The notes beneath the pieces are model-generated. The model had not been told where the DNA came from and did no database searches. It saw nothing but the letters and a program-made list of their open reading frames with translations. Shown one piece after another: positions 9,376 through 18,408 of a stretch of DNA of 64,000 nt. Source of the stretch: Deltaproteobacteria bacterium (GTDB taxonomy: Bacteria > Desulfobacterota > BSN033 > UBA1163); assembly GCA_037443425.1 (NCBI GenBank), contig JBBIOI010000002.1:17867-81866 (forward strand), read 5' to 3'. The translations under genes were made by a program, and so were the position numbers. How positions within the stretch are numbered: the stretch's first letter is position 1; the number at the start of each line of letters is the position of its first letter.

Positions 9376-10476
9376 TTGGCAAGACTTCTTTTTATTTCCC
9401 ATAAGTCTAATTTGGGTGGACCCGTATATAGTCTGTTAAAGCTGATTAAGTATCTTAGTCAAGAGCATGAAATTGCTGTGGTAGCTCCTGGTTGTGGAGA
9501 AGTCTTTGGGGTTCTCAAAGGAATGGGTATTCCTACCTATCGGGTAGAACCGTCTGGGTTGACGTGGTCTTGTATCCCGTGGCTGTCGCGTCTAATTTTT
9601 CAAGGGAGATTTGATCTGGTCTATGGCAACAATTACAGTTCAGGTACACGCAACGCCCTTATCGCTTCCAAACTGGTTGGAAGACCTTTTGTATGGCACA
9701 TTCGGGAAATGTTGTGGGAGGCACACTGGCGAACAGCCTTCTTTCTAAAGTATGCCGATGCAATCATTGCTGTCTCGCAGGTCTGCGCCCAATCAGTGAA
9801 GCATTATGTGCCCAAAAAGGACATTAATGTCGTTTACAACGGTGTTGACTTAGAGGAATTTCAAACAGATGTGATGGGAGCAAGGCAGGGTGTGTCTTGT
9901 ACGTTAGGAATTTCACAGGAGCATTTAGTAATTGTCAGTGTTGGTAACGTTTGTGTCCGCAAGGGTCAAGGATATACAGTCAAAGTAGCGACTGAGGTTC
10001 TGAAGAATCACCCTACAGCTATATTCGTTTTTCTGGGTAGGTTAGACCTCGAACCGGAATACGCTCTTTGCTTACAACAGGAAGTATTTCGTTGTAAGTT
10101 GGAAGAAAAGGTGCGCTTTTTAGGATTTTGTGACAATGTCCCAAAGTTTCTTCAAGGATGTGATATTTTTCTTCATACCGCTATAAAGGATCCCAATCCC
10201 CGGGCAGTTTTGGAAGCCATGGCTGCCAAGCTTCCTGTAGTGGCTTTTGATGTAGATGGTATTAAGGAGATGGTAATTCATGGAGAGACTGGTTTTTTAG
10301 TTCCTGTTGGTAATATATCTGCCATGAAGGAAGCTCTTGGGGAACTCTTGGGTAATTTATCCTTGAGAACCCGCATGGGAGAAAAGGCTAGGGAAAGAGT
10401 TCAGACGATGTTCAACGCAAAGGAGACGACCAAAAGAGTCAGCGGTATCATTAATCATTTATTAAAAGCAAGATGA
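9376..10476 (+). CDS. GT4-family glycosyltransferase
   Basis: The EX7E-type block NPRAVLEAMAAKLPVVAFDVDGIKEMVIHGETGFLV. TTG start preceded by GGGAG. Confidence 0.85.
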   Translation: MARLLFISHKSNLGGPVYSLLKLIKYLSQEHEIAVVAPGCGEVFGVLKGMGIPTYRVEPSGLTWSCIPWLSRLIFQGRFDLVYGNNYSSGTRNALIASKLVGRPFVWHIREMLWEAHWRTAFFLKYADAIIAVSQVCAQSVKHYVPKKDINVVYNGVDLEEFQTDVMGARQGVSCTLGISQEHLVIVSVGNVCVRKGQGYTVKVATEVLKNHPTAIFVFLGRLDLEPEYALCLQQEVFRCKLEEKVRFLGFCDNVPKFLQGCDIFLHTAIKDPNPRAVLEAMAAKLPVVAFDVDGIKEMVIHGETGFLVPVGNISAMKEALGELLGNLSLRTRMGEKARERVQTMFNAKETTKRVSGIINHLLKAR

Positions 10477-11696
10477 ACAGCAACACAATAACTAATCAAA
10501 GATTACTATCTTCAGATAATCCGGTTGATGTATGTGTTGTTTGTAATTGGTTTTACCCAATATTTAGTGGTGCTGGAGAACGGTTTCGTCGATATGCACC
10601 AGGTTTAAGGGAGAGGGGGATACATTTACAGGTATTTACCATTAAATATCCAGGGCTATCACCTTTTGAGGTTGTGGATGGTATTCCAGTACAACGAGTA
10701 TCAGTAGACAAAAGCTCACGGTATTGTGATTTCATCCTTTTAAGTAAGCTGATTAGGTGGCTTTTGTGGAGCAAAAGACGGCCAGACGTTCTACAGTTTT
10801 TAAATCCCAGTTATTGGAACAGTCCTTTTGTCTGGATGTTACGGAAGCTTGGTATTCCTTGCATATTTGTCTTTACGCTTATGGGAGGAAATGACAGCTC
10901 ATGGATAAAGAAGCGTTTGCGCAAGGTCTATCGGCGATGGCTTTTTAAATCCTTCGATTATGTGGTTACGAGCACTGAGGTTATGGCGCAGGAGCTTAGA
11001 ACTAATGGGGTTCCTATGGCACATATCGAGACTATTCCTAACGGAGTGGATTTGATTCGTTTCCGCCCAGCAGAGTCACAGAATGAACGGTGGGAACTGC
11101 GGGAACTACTGGGTATACAGCCTGACAGTCAGGTAGTTGTCTTTGTAGGAGGTATTTTACCTCGAAAGGGGGTAGATATCCTTGTGACTAGCTGGTATGA
11201 GGTTGCCCGCCGTTATCATAAAGCCAAGCTGATATTGGTTGGGCCTTTTCATAAGGATCAGCTAAAGCACCAAAGTTTTTACAACAAGATTGACCGATTA
11301 GTAGCAGAGTCTCCAGCGCCTGAACAAATTATTTTTACAGGAACAGTACACAACGTAGAGGTGTTTCTTCGAGCTGCTGATGTATTTGTTTTACCCTCAG
11401 TTCGAGAGGGGATGACAAACGCAGTGCCAGAAGCAATGGCTACTGGGTTGCCATGTATTTTGACACCGTTTCTTGGTTTGTCTGCAGAGTTGGGTCAGGC
11501 AGGGCGAGAATACTATTTAGCTTCTAGGGATCCAGAATCTATTTCAACAGCAATTCTAGAGCTTTTGGGTGATGCTGAAAAAAGAAGGGTTATTGGGGAA
11601 CAGGCCCGACGTTGGGTTGAACAACATTTAAGCGTGGAGAGTAGCTTGGATAAATTTACCGAACTTTACCGTAAGTTGTCGGCTAGGTACCGTTAA
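10473..11696 (+). CDS. GT4-family glycosyltransferase
   Basis: LPSVREGMTNAVPEAMATGLPCILTP plus the upstream FVGGILPRKGVDIL block. ATGA overlap with the upstream gene. Confidence 0.85.
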   Translation: MNSNTITNQRLLSSDNPVDVCVVCNWFYPIFSGAGERFRRYAPGLRERGIHLQVFTIKYPGLSPFEVVDGIPVQRVSVDKSSRYCDFILLSKLIRWLLWSKRRPDVLQFLNPSYWNSPFVWMLRKLGIPCIFVFTLMGGNDSSWIKKRLRKVYRRWLFKSFDYVVTSTEVMAQELRTNGVPMAHIETIPNGVDLIRFRPAESQNERWELRELLGIQPDSQVVVFVGGILPRKGVDILVTSWYEVARRYHKAKLILVGPFHKDQLKHQSFYNKIDRLVAESPAPEQIIFTGTVHNVEVFLRAADVFVLPSVREGMTNAVPEAMATGLPCILTPFLGLSAELGQAGREYYLASRDPESISTAILELLGDAEKRRVIGEQARRWVEQHLSVESSLDKFTELYRKLSARYR

Positions 11697-11743
11697 ATGT
11701 TTTGTAGATTTTTCATTATTGAACTACGAAGGAAAGTATAGTT

Positions 11744-12844
11744 GTGATCCGAGTATTGATGGTTATTTCTTCTTTTTATCCCCAAATAGGAGGTGCAGAA
11801 AAGCAGGCATTTCTTTTAGCACGTGCTTTACCCAAGTTTGGTGTTGAGGCTACCATATTGACTCGCAGATGGCCTGGAACACCTCAGCGGGAGAACCTGA
11901 AAGGTGTTAATGTGATTCGAGTTGGTTTCCACCACCGTAATAAAATAGGATCGGCGCTTTCAGCTGGAGTCTGGTTATGGTTTTGCTGGAAAAATAGCTT
12001 ATTCTTTGATGTCTATCATGCTCATCAACCTTTTTCATCGGCTTTGGTTGCTGGGATTACAGGAAGGTTAACTGGTAAGCCGACAATTTGTAAGATTCCT
12101 GGAACTGCTTCTGCCGAATACTTTATTCGGCAAAAGGCACGTCCCTTGGATTTGTTGTTAGATGCTGTTGTTGTGGTTAATAAGGAAAACAAGCAGATTC
12201 TTGGTGAAAAACTAAAACGCCCCAAAATTCATTTAATTCCGAATGGAATTGATTTTGGTGAAGTTTTTAGGGCGAAACCCAGAACTTTAACAAGCAATGT
12301 GGTTTTAACCGTTAGTAGATTGGAGCCGGGCAAAGGAGTGGATTTGCTTCTTAGGGCATGGTCAAGAGTTATATCGGTGTGTCCTGCCGCGCAATTGATA
12401 GTGATCGGTTCAGGCACCCAGGAGCTTGATTTAAAATTGTTGAGTAGGAAGCTTGGGATACATGACAGGGTTCAATTTATAGGTCGAATAGATCCATTCA
12501 ACATCGATAATTACTACAGAGAGGCAGTATGTTACGTCAGTCCCAGTTTCTATGAGGGGATTAGTAACAGCTTACTTGAAGCGATCCGAGCTGGGGTACC
12601 AGTAGTAGCATCTCGAATACCCGGAAATGAAGATGTGGTTATCCATGGTGAAACAGGATTGCTTTTCGAACCAAATGATCCGGAGGCTCTCGCCGAAGAG
12701 ATTGTCTCGGTTTTACGCGACGGTGTTACGGCACGACATCTGGCGCTTAAGGCGTATGAATATGTAAGAAAGAACTTCGACATAAATCGAGTTGCCCACC
12801 AATATGCCGCGTTGTACAGGCAGTTACTAGAGGCTAGGACATAA
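11744..12844 (+). CDS. GT4-family glycosyltransferase
   Basis: GGAEKQAFLLARAL near the N-terminus and SPSFYEGISNSLLEAIRAGVPVVASRIPGNEDVVIHGETGLLF. GTG start. Confidence 0.85.
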   Translation: MIRVLMVISSFYPQIGGAEKQAFLLARALPKFGVEATILTRRWPGTPQRENLKGVNVIRVGFHHRNKIGSALSAGVWLWFCWKNSLFFDVYHAHQPFSSALVAGITGRLTGKPTICKIPGTASAEYFIRQKARPLDLLLDAVVVVNKENKQILGEKLKRPKIHLIPNGIDFGEVFRAKPRTLTSNVVLTVSRLEPGKGVDLLLRAWSRVISVCPAAQLIVIGSGTQELDLKLLSRKLGIHDRVQFIGRIDPFNIDNYYREAVCYVSPSFYEGISNSLLEAIRAGVPVVASRIPGNEDVVIHGETGLLFEPNDPEALAEEIVSVLRDGVTARHLALKAYEYVRKNFDINRVAHQYAALYRQLLEART

Positions 12845-14025
12845 TGAATTTTCCGTTGCATCTTGGTGTTATATCACATAAGGTGCTTTATGAACGAGAT
12901 GGGGAGTATTACACAGAGGGGGGATTTCCCCGTCAGATGGAAGCTCTGAAGCAGTTATTCGAGAAGGTAACCATCTGTGCTCCAGTTTGTAAAGGTTCGT
13001 TTCCCGAAGGTGTTGATAATCTTACTTTCAAAGGGTTGCTGGTAAACCCTTTACCTAATGTGCCAGTGGCTTCTATTCGAGATAAGTTGTTGTTTCTCCT
13101 GATTAGTCCTTATCTATTTTGGTGCATTTGGTGTTTTTGTAGGCGAGTTGATGTTGTTCAGGTCCGTATACCTAATTATATTGGGGTTTTAGGTGCTCTA
13201 GTAATGCGATGGCAGAAAAAGCCTACATTTGTATGGTTAGCTGCGGACTGGCCCGGTAGAATTCTTGCTTGTAACAACTCATGGTATAGGCGGCTTGTGG
13301 CCTCATTTTTTGCATGGCTTATACCTCATTTACTGAAAGACTGGCTGGTTTTTGTGCCTGAAATTAGTGTTCTCAAACACGCAAGGGCCACTCTTGTGCC
13401 CGTAGTGAATACCAGTGTATGGAGGTGTGAGTTACCATCGACTACAAAAGCTGTAATAAGAAATGATGACCACATATCAATTCTCTATGTGGGAAGGTTA
13501 AGTCCGGAGAAGGGGCTTCAACATCTCCTGGAAGCAGTGGCTAGACTACAAAGTTTGAATTGGAAGCTCACAATAGTCGGAGATGGGCTGGAGCGTATAC
13601 AGCTTGAAAGCCAGGCTTACCGTCTAGGGATTCAAGAGCGGGTGCATTTTATAGGAAGGCTTTCTCGGGAAAAAGTTTCGGAGTTTTATAAGAATGCAGA
13701 TATACTTGTTGTTCCTTCGCTAAATGAGATGTCCCCAAAAGTCGTCATGGAAGGTATGGCGTATGGATTGGCTGTAATAGCTTCTAGAGTTGGTGCTATT
13801 CCTAAGTTGTTACAAGATGGGCGGGGTATACTTATAGAGCCCGGCAGCCCTGAACATATTGTATCCGCCATAAAGACGTTAGCCGAAAATAGGGAGATGC
13901 TTGGTAAAATAGCTCAATGTGGGCTGGAGTATGCACAGCAACACACGCTTGATCAACTCAATTTGGTTATGGCGCATGCCCTACATTCCTATTTTGGTTT
14001 AAACTCGGAGCGAGACACAAGATGA
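12844..14025 (+). CDS. GT4-family glycosyltransferase
   Basis: YVGRLSPEKGLQHLL and PSLNEMSPKVVMEGMAYGLAVIASRVGAIPKLLQDGRGILI. Confidence 0.8.
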   Translation: MNFPLHLGVISHKVLYERDGEYYTEGGFPRQMEALKQLFEKVTICAPVCKGSFPEGVDNLTFKGLLVNPLPNVPVASIRDKLLFLLISPYLFWCIWCFCRRVDVVQVRIPNYIGVLGALVMRWQKKPTFVWLAADWPGRILACNNSWYRRLVASFFAWLIPHLLKDWLVFVPEISVLKHARATLVPVVNTSVWRCELPSTTKAVIRNDDHISILYVGRLSPEKGLQHLLEAVARLQSLNWKLTIVGDGLERIQLESQAYRLGIQERVHFIGRLSREKVSEFYKNADILVVPSLNEMSPKVVMEGMAYGLAVIASRVGAIPKLLQDGRGILIEPGSPEHIVSAIKTLAENREMLGKIAQCGLEYAQQHTLDQLNLVMAHALHSYFGLNSERDTR

Positions 14026-15461
14026 TAATGCTGTGGCATAAGAAGTTTGCTTTGCTATCACGCTGGAGTGTTGCAGCGGGAATAGTTCTTGCTATACTTT
14101 TGCTAGTATTCTGGGTTTACCTCCGTTTGGGAATCTCTTGGGACAATATACTTTTGGGTCTTTTGGTCGGTTATGGACTCCTGTTAGGAATCCGGTACCC
14201 CGTGTTCGCATTAGGCTTCGTTCTACTTTTATTGCCTCTTAAGGCACTGTATTTAGAAAGTGACCTTATTTATCTTCCGAAAGTGGCTATGGTTATACCC
14301 ATACTAGGCTTGCTGGCAGAGATATCGATAAGAAGGCGCCGATTACAATTGACGGGTTTGGAATGGCCTATTGGTATAACAGTCATACTCATAATGTTGC
14401 ACTATCCGAATAGTTTTCGTCCTTCCGAGGAACTCACTACCGTTTGGAGTCTATTATGCCTCTTTGGTCTTGTGGTAGTAATGGTAAATCTACTGACAGA
14501 TGAACGCTCACTGAGGTTTGCTGTTGTGCTATTCATGTTGTCGGCAGTAATTCCATCCTCCATTGCATACTTTCAATGGTTTACCGGACAACCTATCTTG
14601 GGTAGCGGGCCCATGTTTTTCCGCGATATCCCCAGAGCAACAGGCTCATTTACTAGTATCACCGGATTGGGTTGTTTCTTGAGTGCTTATTTTCCTTTCT
14701 ATGTTAGTTTACTTCTTCAGTGGCCGATTGCGTTTTTTCGGAAGAAACATTTAGATTGGATAGTCGTATTTTTCTGCTCTGGGCCGCTTATTATTGCATT
14801 TAATCGTGGTGGTATTTTTGCTGTTCTACTAGGTTTGTTGTTTTTAGTATATCGGTTGCGTAGTCATCGGAGGTTCAAGGTCAGTTTACTTATACTCGTA
14901 GGAGTAGGAGCATTACTGGTATTCATTTTATTTCACCCGGCATGGCAATTTAGGCTATTTGGCACGGGAGTGGGTAATACTCCAGAAGGCTACGAACAGC
15001 GGCTTCGTCAAACCAAAATGATTGGGTACATCCTTACAAATTATCCTCTCGGTGGTATTGGTCTTGGGAATTATCGCTTTCTAGCTACGGGCTGGCCACT
15101 TCGCCTTGCAGAGCAGCCACACAATTTACTGTTAACTTTTGCCGCAGCGGGGGGTGTTTTTGGTATTTTAACTCTGGCGTCGTTCATATTTATTCTTGCT
15201 AGGAAAGTCAGGCGCTCAAAAATTATTGATGTGCAACCAGTATTCTTATCAGGAGTGGTAGTAGAATCTACACTCGTTGCTCTTATTGGTTATACGGTGC
15301 AATTTCTAACTCATGGTGCCCTTGTGTCGGATACTCCATGGATATTGATAGGCTTTTTGATAGCAGGAAGCAATATCGTTCAGAGAGTTCAAAAAGAACG
15401 AAACCAAGTTATTTCCCAAGAAATACTTCAGAGGGCAAGGGCATTAAAGTGCCCACTTTAG
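14022..15461 (+). CDS. second O-antigen ligase / Wzy-like polymerase family membrane protein
   Basis: 479 aa, polytopic. The blocks NRGGIFAVLLGLLFL and GGIGLGNY...EQPHNLLLTFAAAGGVFG are typical of Wzy_C-type proteins. Ends at TAG 15459-15461. Confidence 0.7.
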   Translation: MIMLWHKKFALLSRWSVAAGIVLAILLLVFWVYLRLGISWDNILLGLLVGYGLLLGIRYPVFALGFVLLLLPLKALYLESDLIYLPKVAMVIPILGLLAEISIRRRRLQLTGLEWPIGITVILIMLHYPNSFRPSEELTTVWSLLCLFGLVVVMVNLLTDERSLRFAVVLFMLSAVIPSSIAYFQWFTGQPILGSGPMFFRDIPRATGSFTSITGLGCFLSAYFPFYVSLLLQWPIAFFRKKHLDWIVVFFCSGPLIIAFNRGGIFAVLLGLLFLVYRLRSHRRFKVSLLILVGVGALLVFILFHPAWQFRLFGTGVGNTPEGYEQRLRQTKMIGYILTNYPLGGIGLGNYRFLATGWPLRLAEQPHNLLLTFAAAGGVFGILTLASFIFILARKVRRSKIIDVQPVFLSGVVVESTLVALIGYTVQFLTHGALVSDTPWILIGFLIAGSNIVQRVQKERNQVISQEILQRARALKCPL

Positions 15462-15546
15462 ATAGCAATTCATAACAAAATAGAAGAAGTTAAAATCCCA
15501 CTTTTTCAAGAAAATACAAATATTGTTCAAAAAAGAAGGAGTAGTC

Positions 15547-16677
15547 TTGAAAATCAGGGTTCTTTCGCTCCAAAGTGGAGCCATTCTTGGTGGAAGTGAG
15601 CTGATGAATTTTTCAATTATTCGTAGGATGAACCGGAATCAGTTTGACATTACTATCTGTTTCCTGGACGAGGAAGGGCCAGTCAGTGAGTTTTACAAGA
15701 ACGAGGGTTTTCTGGTTTATCATTTAAATTACCACAAACGTTCTTTATTTTGGGTAATATGGGATTTATTGAGGTTCTTAAAGATTGGTAAGTTTGATAT
15801 TGTTCATATTTATGGTCTGCGGGCGAACCTCTTAGGAAGAGTTTTGGGCAGAATGGTGGGTTGTCGTACCATAGTAACATCGCAGCATAGTATAGATTCT
15901 TGGCGTAATAAGTGGCATGTATGGTTGGACCGGATTACATCTCGGTGGGTATCCCTATATATCTCGAATACCTATGCTGCAGCGGAGCGTTTATCCAGCG
16001 TAGAATGTATTCCCCGAAATAAGATTAGAGTCATTCAGAATGGTTTAGATTCCACGCCCTTTGAGTCTGTTTCCCCTGGTCAGGTGCGTTCTTCTTTGGG
16101 TATTGATTCAGGAAAACTAGTATTGGTCTGTGTAGCCAATATGCGAGTAGCTAAAGGGCACGAGGTTTTGCTGGATGCAGTTCATCTTCTAAATAGGGAA
16201 GGTTTATCGTTCTATCTCTGGTTAGTAGGGGATGGCGTTTTGCGAAAAGCGATTGAAGCCAAGGTCGAAGAATTGGGACTTTTACAGATCACATGGTTTT
16301 TAGGTCAGAGAACTGACATACCAGAGGTCTTAGCTGACTCAGATATTTTTGTATTGGCTTCCTATTGGGAAGGAATGCCTGGAGCAATAATGGAGGCTAT
16401 GGCAAGTAGATTACCAGTTGTAGCTACACGTGTGGGAGGTATACCTGAACTGGTAATAGATGGAGAGACAGGTTTTTTGGTTCCACCAAATAACAGAAAA
16501 GCCCTTGCTATTGCTTTAGGACGTTTAATGCGTGATACCAGACTTCGATACCAAATGGGGCAGGCAGGTTACCAACGCATCATCAAGTATTTCCGGTTGG
16601 AAGACAAAGTGAGAGAGCAAGAGGAGCTGTACGTCCAGTTGTTTACCTCTGCTAAAAAAATACAAGTAGTGCGTTGA
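15547..16677 (+). CDS. GT4-family glycosyltransferase
   Basis: ASYWEGMPGAIMEAMASRLPVVATRVGGIPELVIDGETGFLV. I prefer the TTG at 15547 (AAGGAG 5 nt upstream) to the ORF-track start at 15523. Confidence 0.85.
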   Translation: MKIRVLSLQSGAILGGSELMNFSIIRRMNRNQFDITICFLDEEGPVSEFYKNEGFLVYHLNYHKRSLFWVIWDLLRFLKIGKFDIVHIYGLRANLLGRVLGRMVGCRTIVTSQHSIDSWRNKWHVWLDRITSRWVSLYISNTYAAAERLSSVECIPRNKIRVIQNGLDSTPFESVSPGQVRSSLGIDSGKLVLVCVANMRVAKGHEVLLDAVHLLNREGLSFYLWLVGDGVLRKAIEAKVEELGLLQITWFLGQRTDIPEVLADSDIFVLASYWEGMPGAIMEAMASRLPVVATRVGGIPELVIDGETGFLVPPNNRKALAIALGRLMRDTRLRYQMGQAGYQRIIKYFRLEDKVREQEELYVQLFTSAKKIQVVR

Positions 16678-16736
16678 AATTAGTTAGTGTTGGTGACCGC
16701 TTGGAAGCAATAAATGGCTCTTAACAATTTACTATA

Positions 16737-17945
16737 GTGCCAAGTACAATTCCAATCGTTCTAATTGTAGGAGGTCCGGACGTAGACGCCCGTCTGGATT
16801 TAATGCGGTTTATGCGTAATGAATTCTACTTTATTGCCATTGGTTCATCTCATGAACTTAATCCCTGCTTTAGGAAAGCTGGTTTTACTTATCATGTTTA
16901 TCCATTGTCTAGGCAAGTTAATCCTATCAGCGATTTAGTGACCATTGGCTACTTATTGAAGCTTTTCAGGCGGCTCCAACCTCAAATTGTTCATACCTTC
17001 GATACCAAACCCGCTGTATTAGGTCGGTTGGCTGCTCGTTTAGCCAATGTGCCTATCGTCATTGGAACCCTGCCTGGACTAGGCTCACTTTATGTCAGTA
17101 ACAATTTAAGAATTCGTTTAATCCGCTCGGTATATCAACTGTTACAAAAACTAGCTTGCTATTTTTCTGATGTAACAATCTTTCAGACGCATGGTGATGC
17201 TCAAATGTTTATTGCGGAAAGTATTGTACCTAAGAGCAAAGCAGTGATTATCCCTGGGTCGGGTGTTCGGTGTGATTTATATAATCCAAACCGAGTTTCT
17301 CAGATTGAGCAAAAAAAAATACGGGCAGATTTAGGAGTTCGGGACGATGAAATAGTTATAACTATGGTTTCCCGTCTCATTCGTTCTAAAGGGGTGATGG
17401 AATTTGTTAAAGCTGCTAAGACCGTTCGACAGTTCAATCCCCAAGTAAGCTTTCTACTTGTTGGTCCACTTGATGAGGAAAGTGTGGATCCCCTTACGAC
17501 AGCGGAGTTATCTGAACTCAAGCAAACAGTTATTTGGGTAGGTAAACGGAATGATATTTTTAATATTTTAGCGGTATCTGACATCTTTGTTTTACCTTCT
17601 TTTTATCGCGAGGGAATTCCTCGTGTTCTGCTTGAGGCAGCTTCAATGGGTTTGCCAATTGTTACTACGAATTCGCCAGGTTGCAACGAAGTGGTTGAAC
17701 ATGGTGTCAATGGTTTTTTGGTCCCGGTACGTGATCCTAATGCACTTGCTGAAGCGATTTCAATTCTGGTCAAAAGGCTAGACTTACGCCTTCGATTTGG
17801 AGAAGAGTCCCGACGTCGGGCGGTAGCAAATTTTGATCTTTCGGTGATTGCGGAACAAACCCGGGCGATTTACCGAGAACTTTTAACCCGCAAGAGGTTG
17901 GCACCAGCGGAGGGATGTATTAATGGAGTATCAACGCATTCTTAA
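16737..17945 (+). CDS. GT4-family glycosyltransferase
   Basis: MVSRLIRSKGVMEF and PSFYREGIPRVLLEAASMGLPIVTTNSPGCNEVVEHGVNGFLV. GTG start. Confidence 0.85.
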   Translation: MPSTIPIVLIVGGPDVDARLDLMRFMRNEFYFIAIGSSHELNPCFRKAGFTYHVYPLSRQVNPISDLVTIGYLLKLFRRLQPQIVHTFDTKPAVLGRLAARLANVPIVIGTLPGLGSLYVSNNLRIRLIRSVYQLLQKLACYFSDVTIFQTHGDAQMFIAESIVPKSKAVIIPGSGVRCDLYNPNRVSQIEQKKIRADLGVRDDEIVITMVSRLIRSKGVMEFVKAAKTVRQFNPQVSFLLVGPLDEESVDPLTTAELSELKQTVIWVGKRNDIFNILAVSDIFVLPSFYREGIPRVLLEAASMGLPIVTTNSPGCNEVVEHGVNGFLVPVRDPNALAEAISILVKRLDLRLRFGEESRRRAVANFDLSVIAEQTRAIYRELLTRKRLAPAEGCINGVSTHS

Positions 17946-18408
17946 AGCCTACAAGATACGTGAGGCACGAGTCCAGTCCAGGCTATGCTTCTTTGAATAC
18001 GAAGACATAGCTCATGTTTATCGTGTACACGAACGTTATCGGGAGACTCTCCGATTGCTCAAGGCGGCTGGCTACCATCCCCTCTCTAATCTGTATATCC
18101 TTGACGTAGGCGCTGGCAATGGTAACATGTTGCGTCAGTTTCTGCAATGGGGTGCCGCGCCGGAACACCTGGCTGGTATTGAACTACGCCCTGAGCCGGT
18201 TCAAAAGGCTCTTCACCTCAGTCCTAACGTGGATATTCGCTGCGGCTCTGCCACTGAGCTTCCTTGGTCCGATGCTTCATTTGACTTGGTGTATCAGCAT
18301 ACTGTTTTCTCCTCTATATTGGATCCGTCTATGAAGCAGCAGATCACTGCTGAAATGAGAAGGGACTTGCGTCCGGGGGGCAGTGCTATGGTACGATTTC
18401 ATGTATGA
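17923..18408 (+). CDS. class I SAM-dependent methyltransferase, 5' portion (frameshifted at a G6 run)
   Basis: LDVGAGNGNMLRQF (SAM motif I) and FDLVYQHTVF. The ORF stops 10 codons after RPGG, and the expected continuation (VLWYDFMYDNPRNP...) lies in the next frame from the G6 run at 18375-18380. Confidence 0.7.
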   Translation: MEYQRILKAYKIREARVQSRLCFFEYEDIAHVYRVHERYRETLRLLKAAGYHPLSNLYILDVGAGNGNMLRQFLQWGAAPEHLAGIELRPEPVQKALHLSPNVDIRCGSATELPWSDASFDLVYQHTVFSSILDPSMKQQITAEMRRDLRPGGSAMVRFHV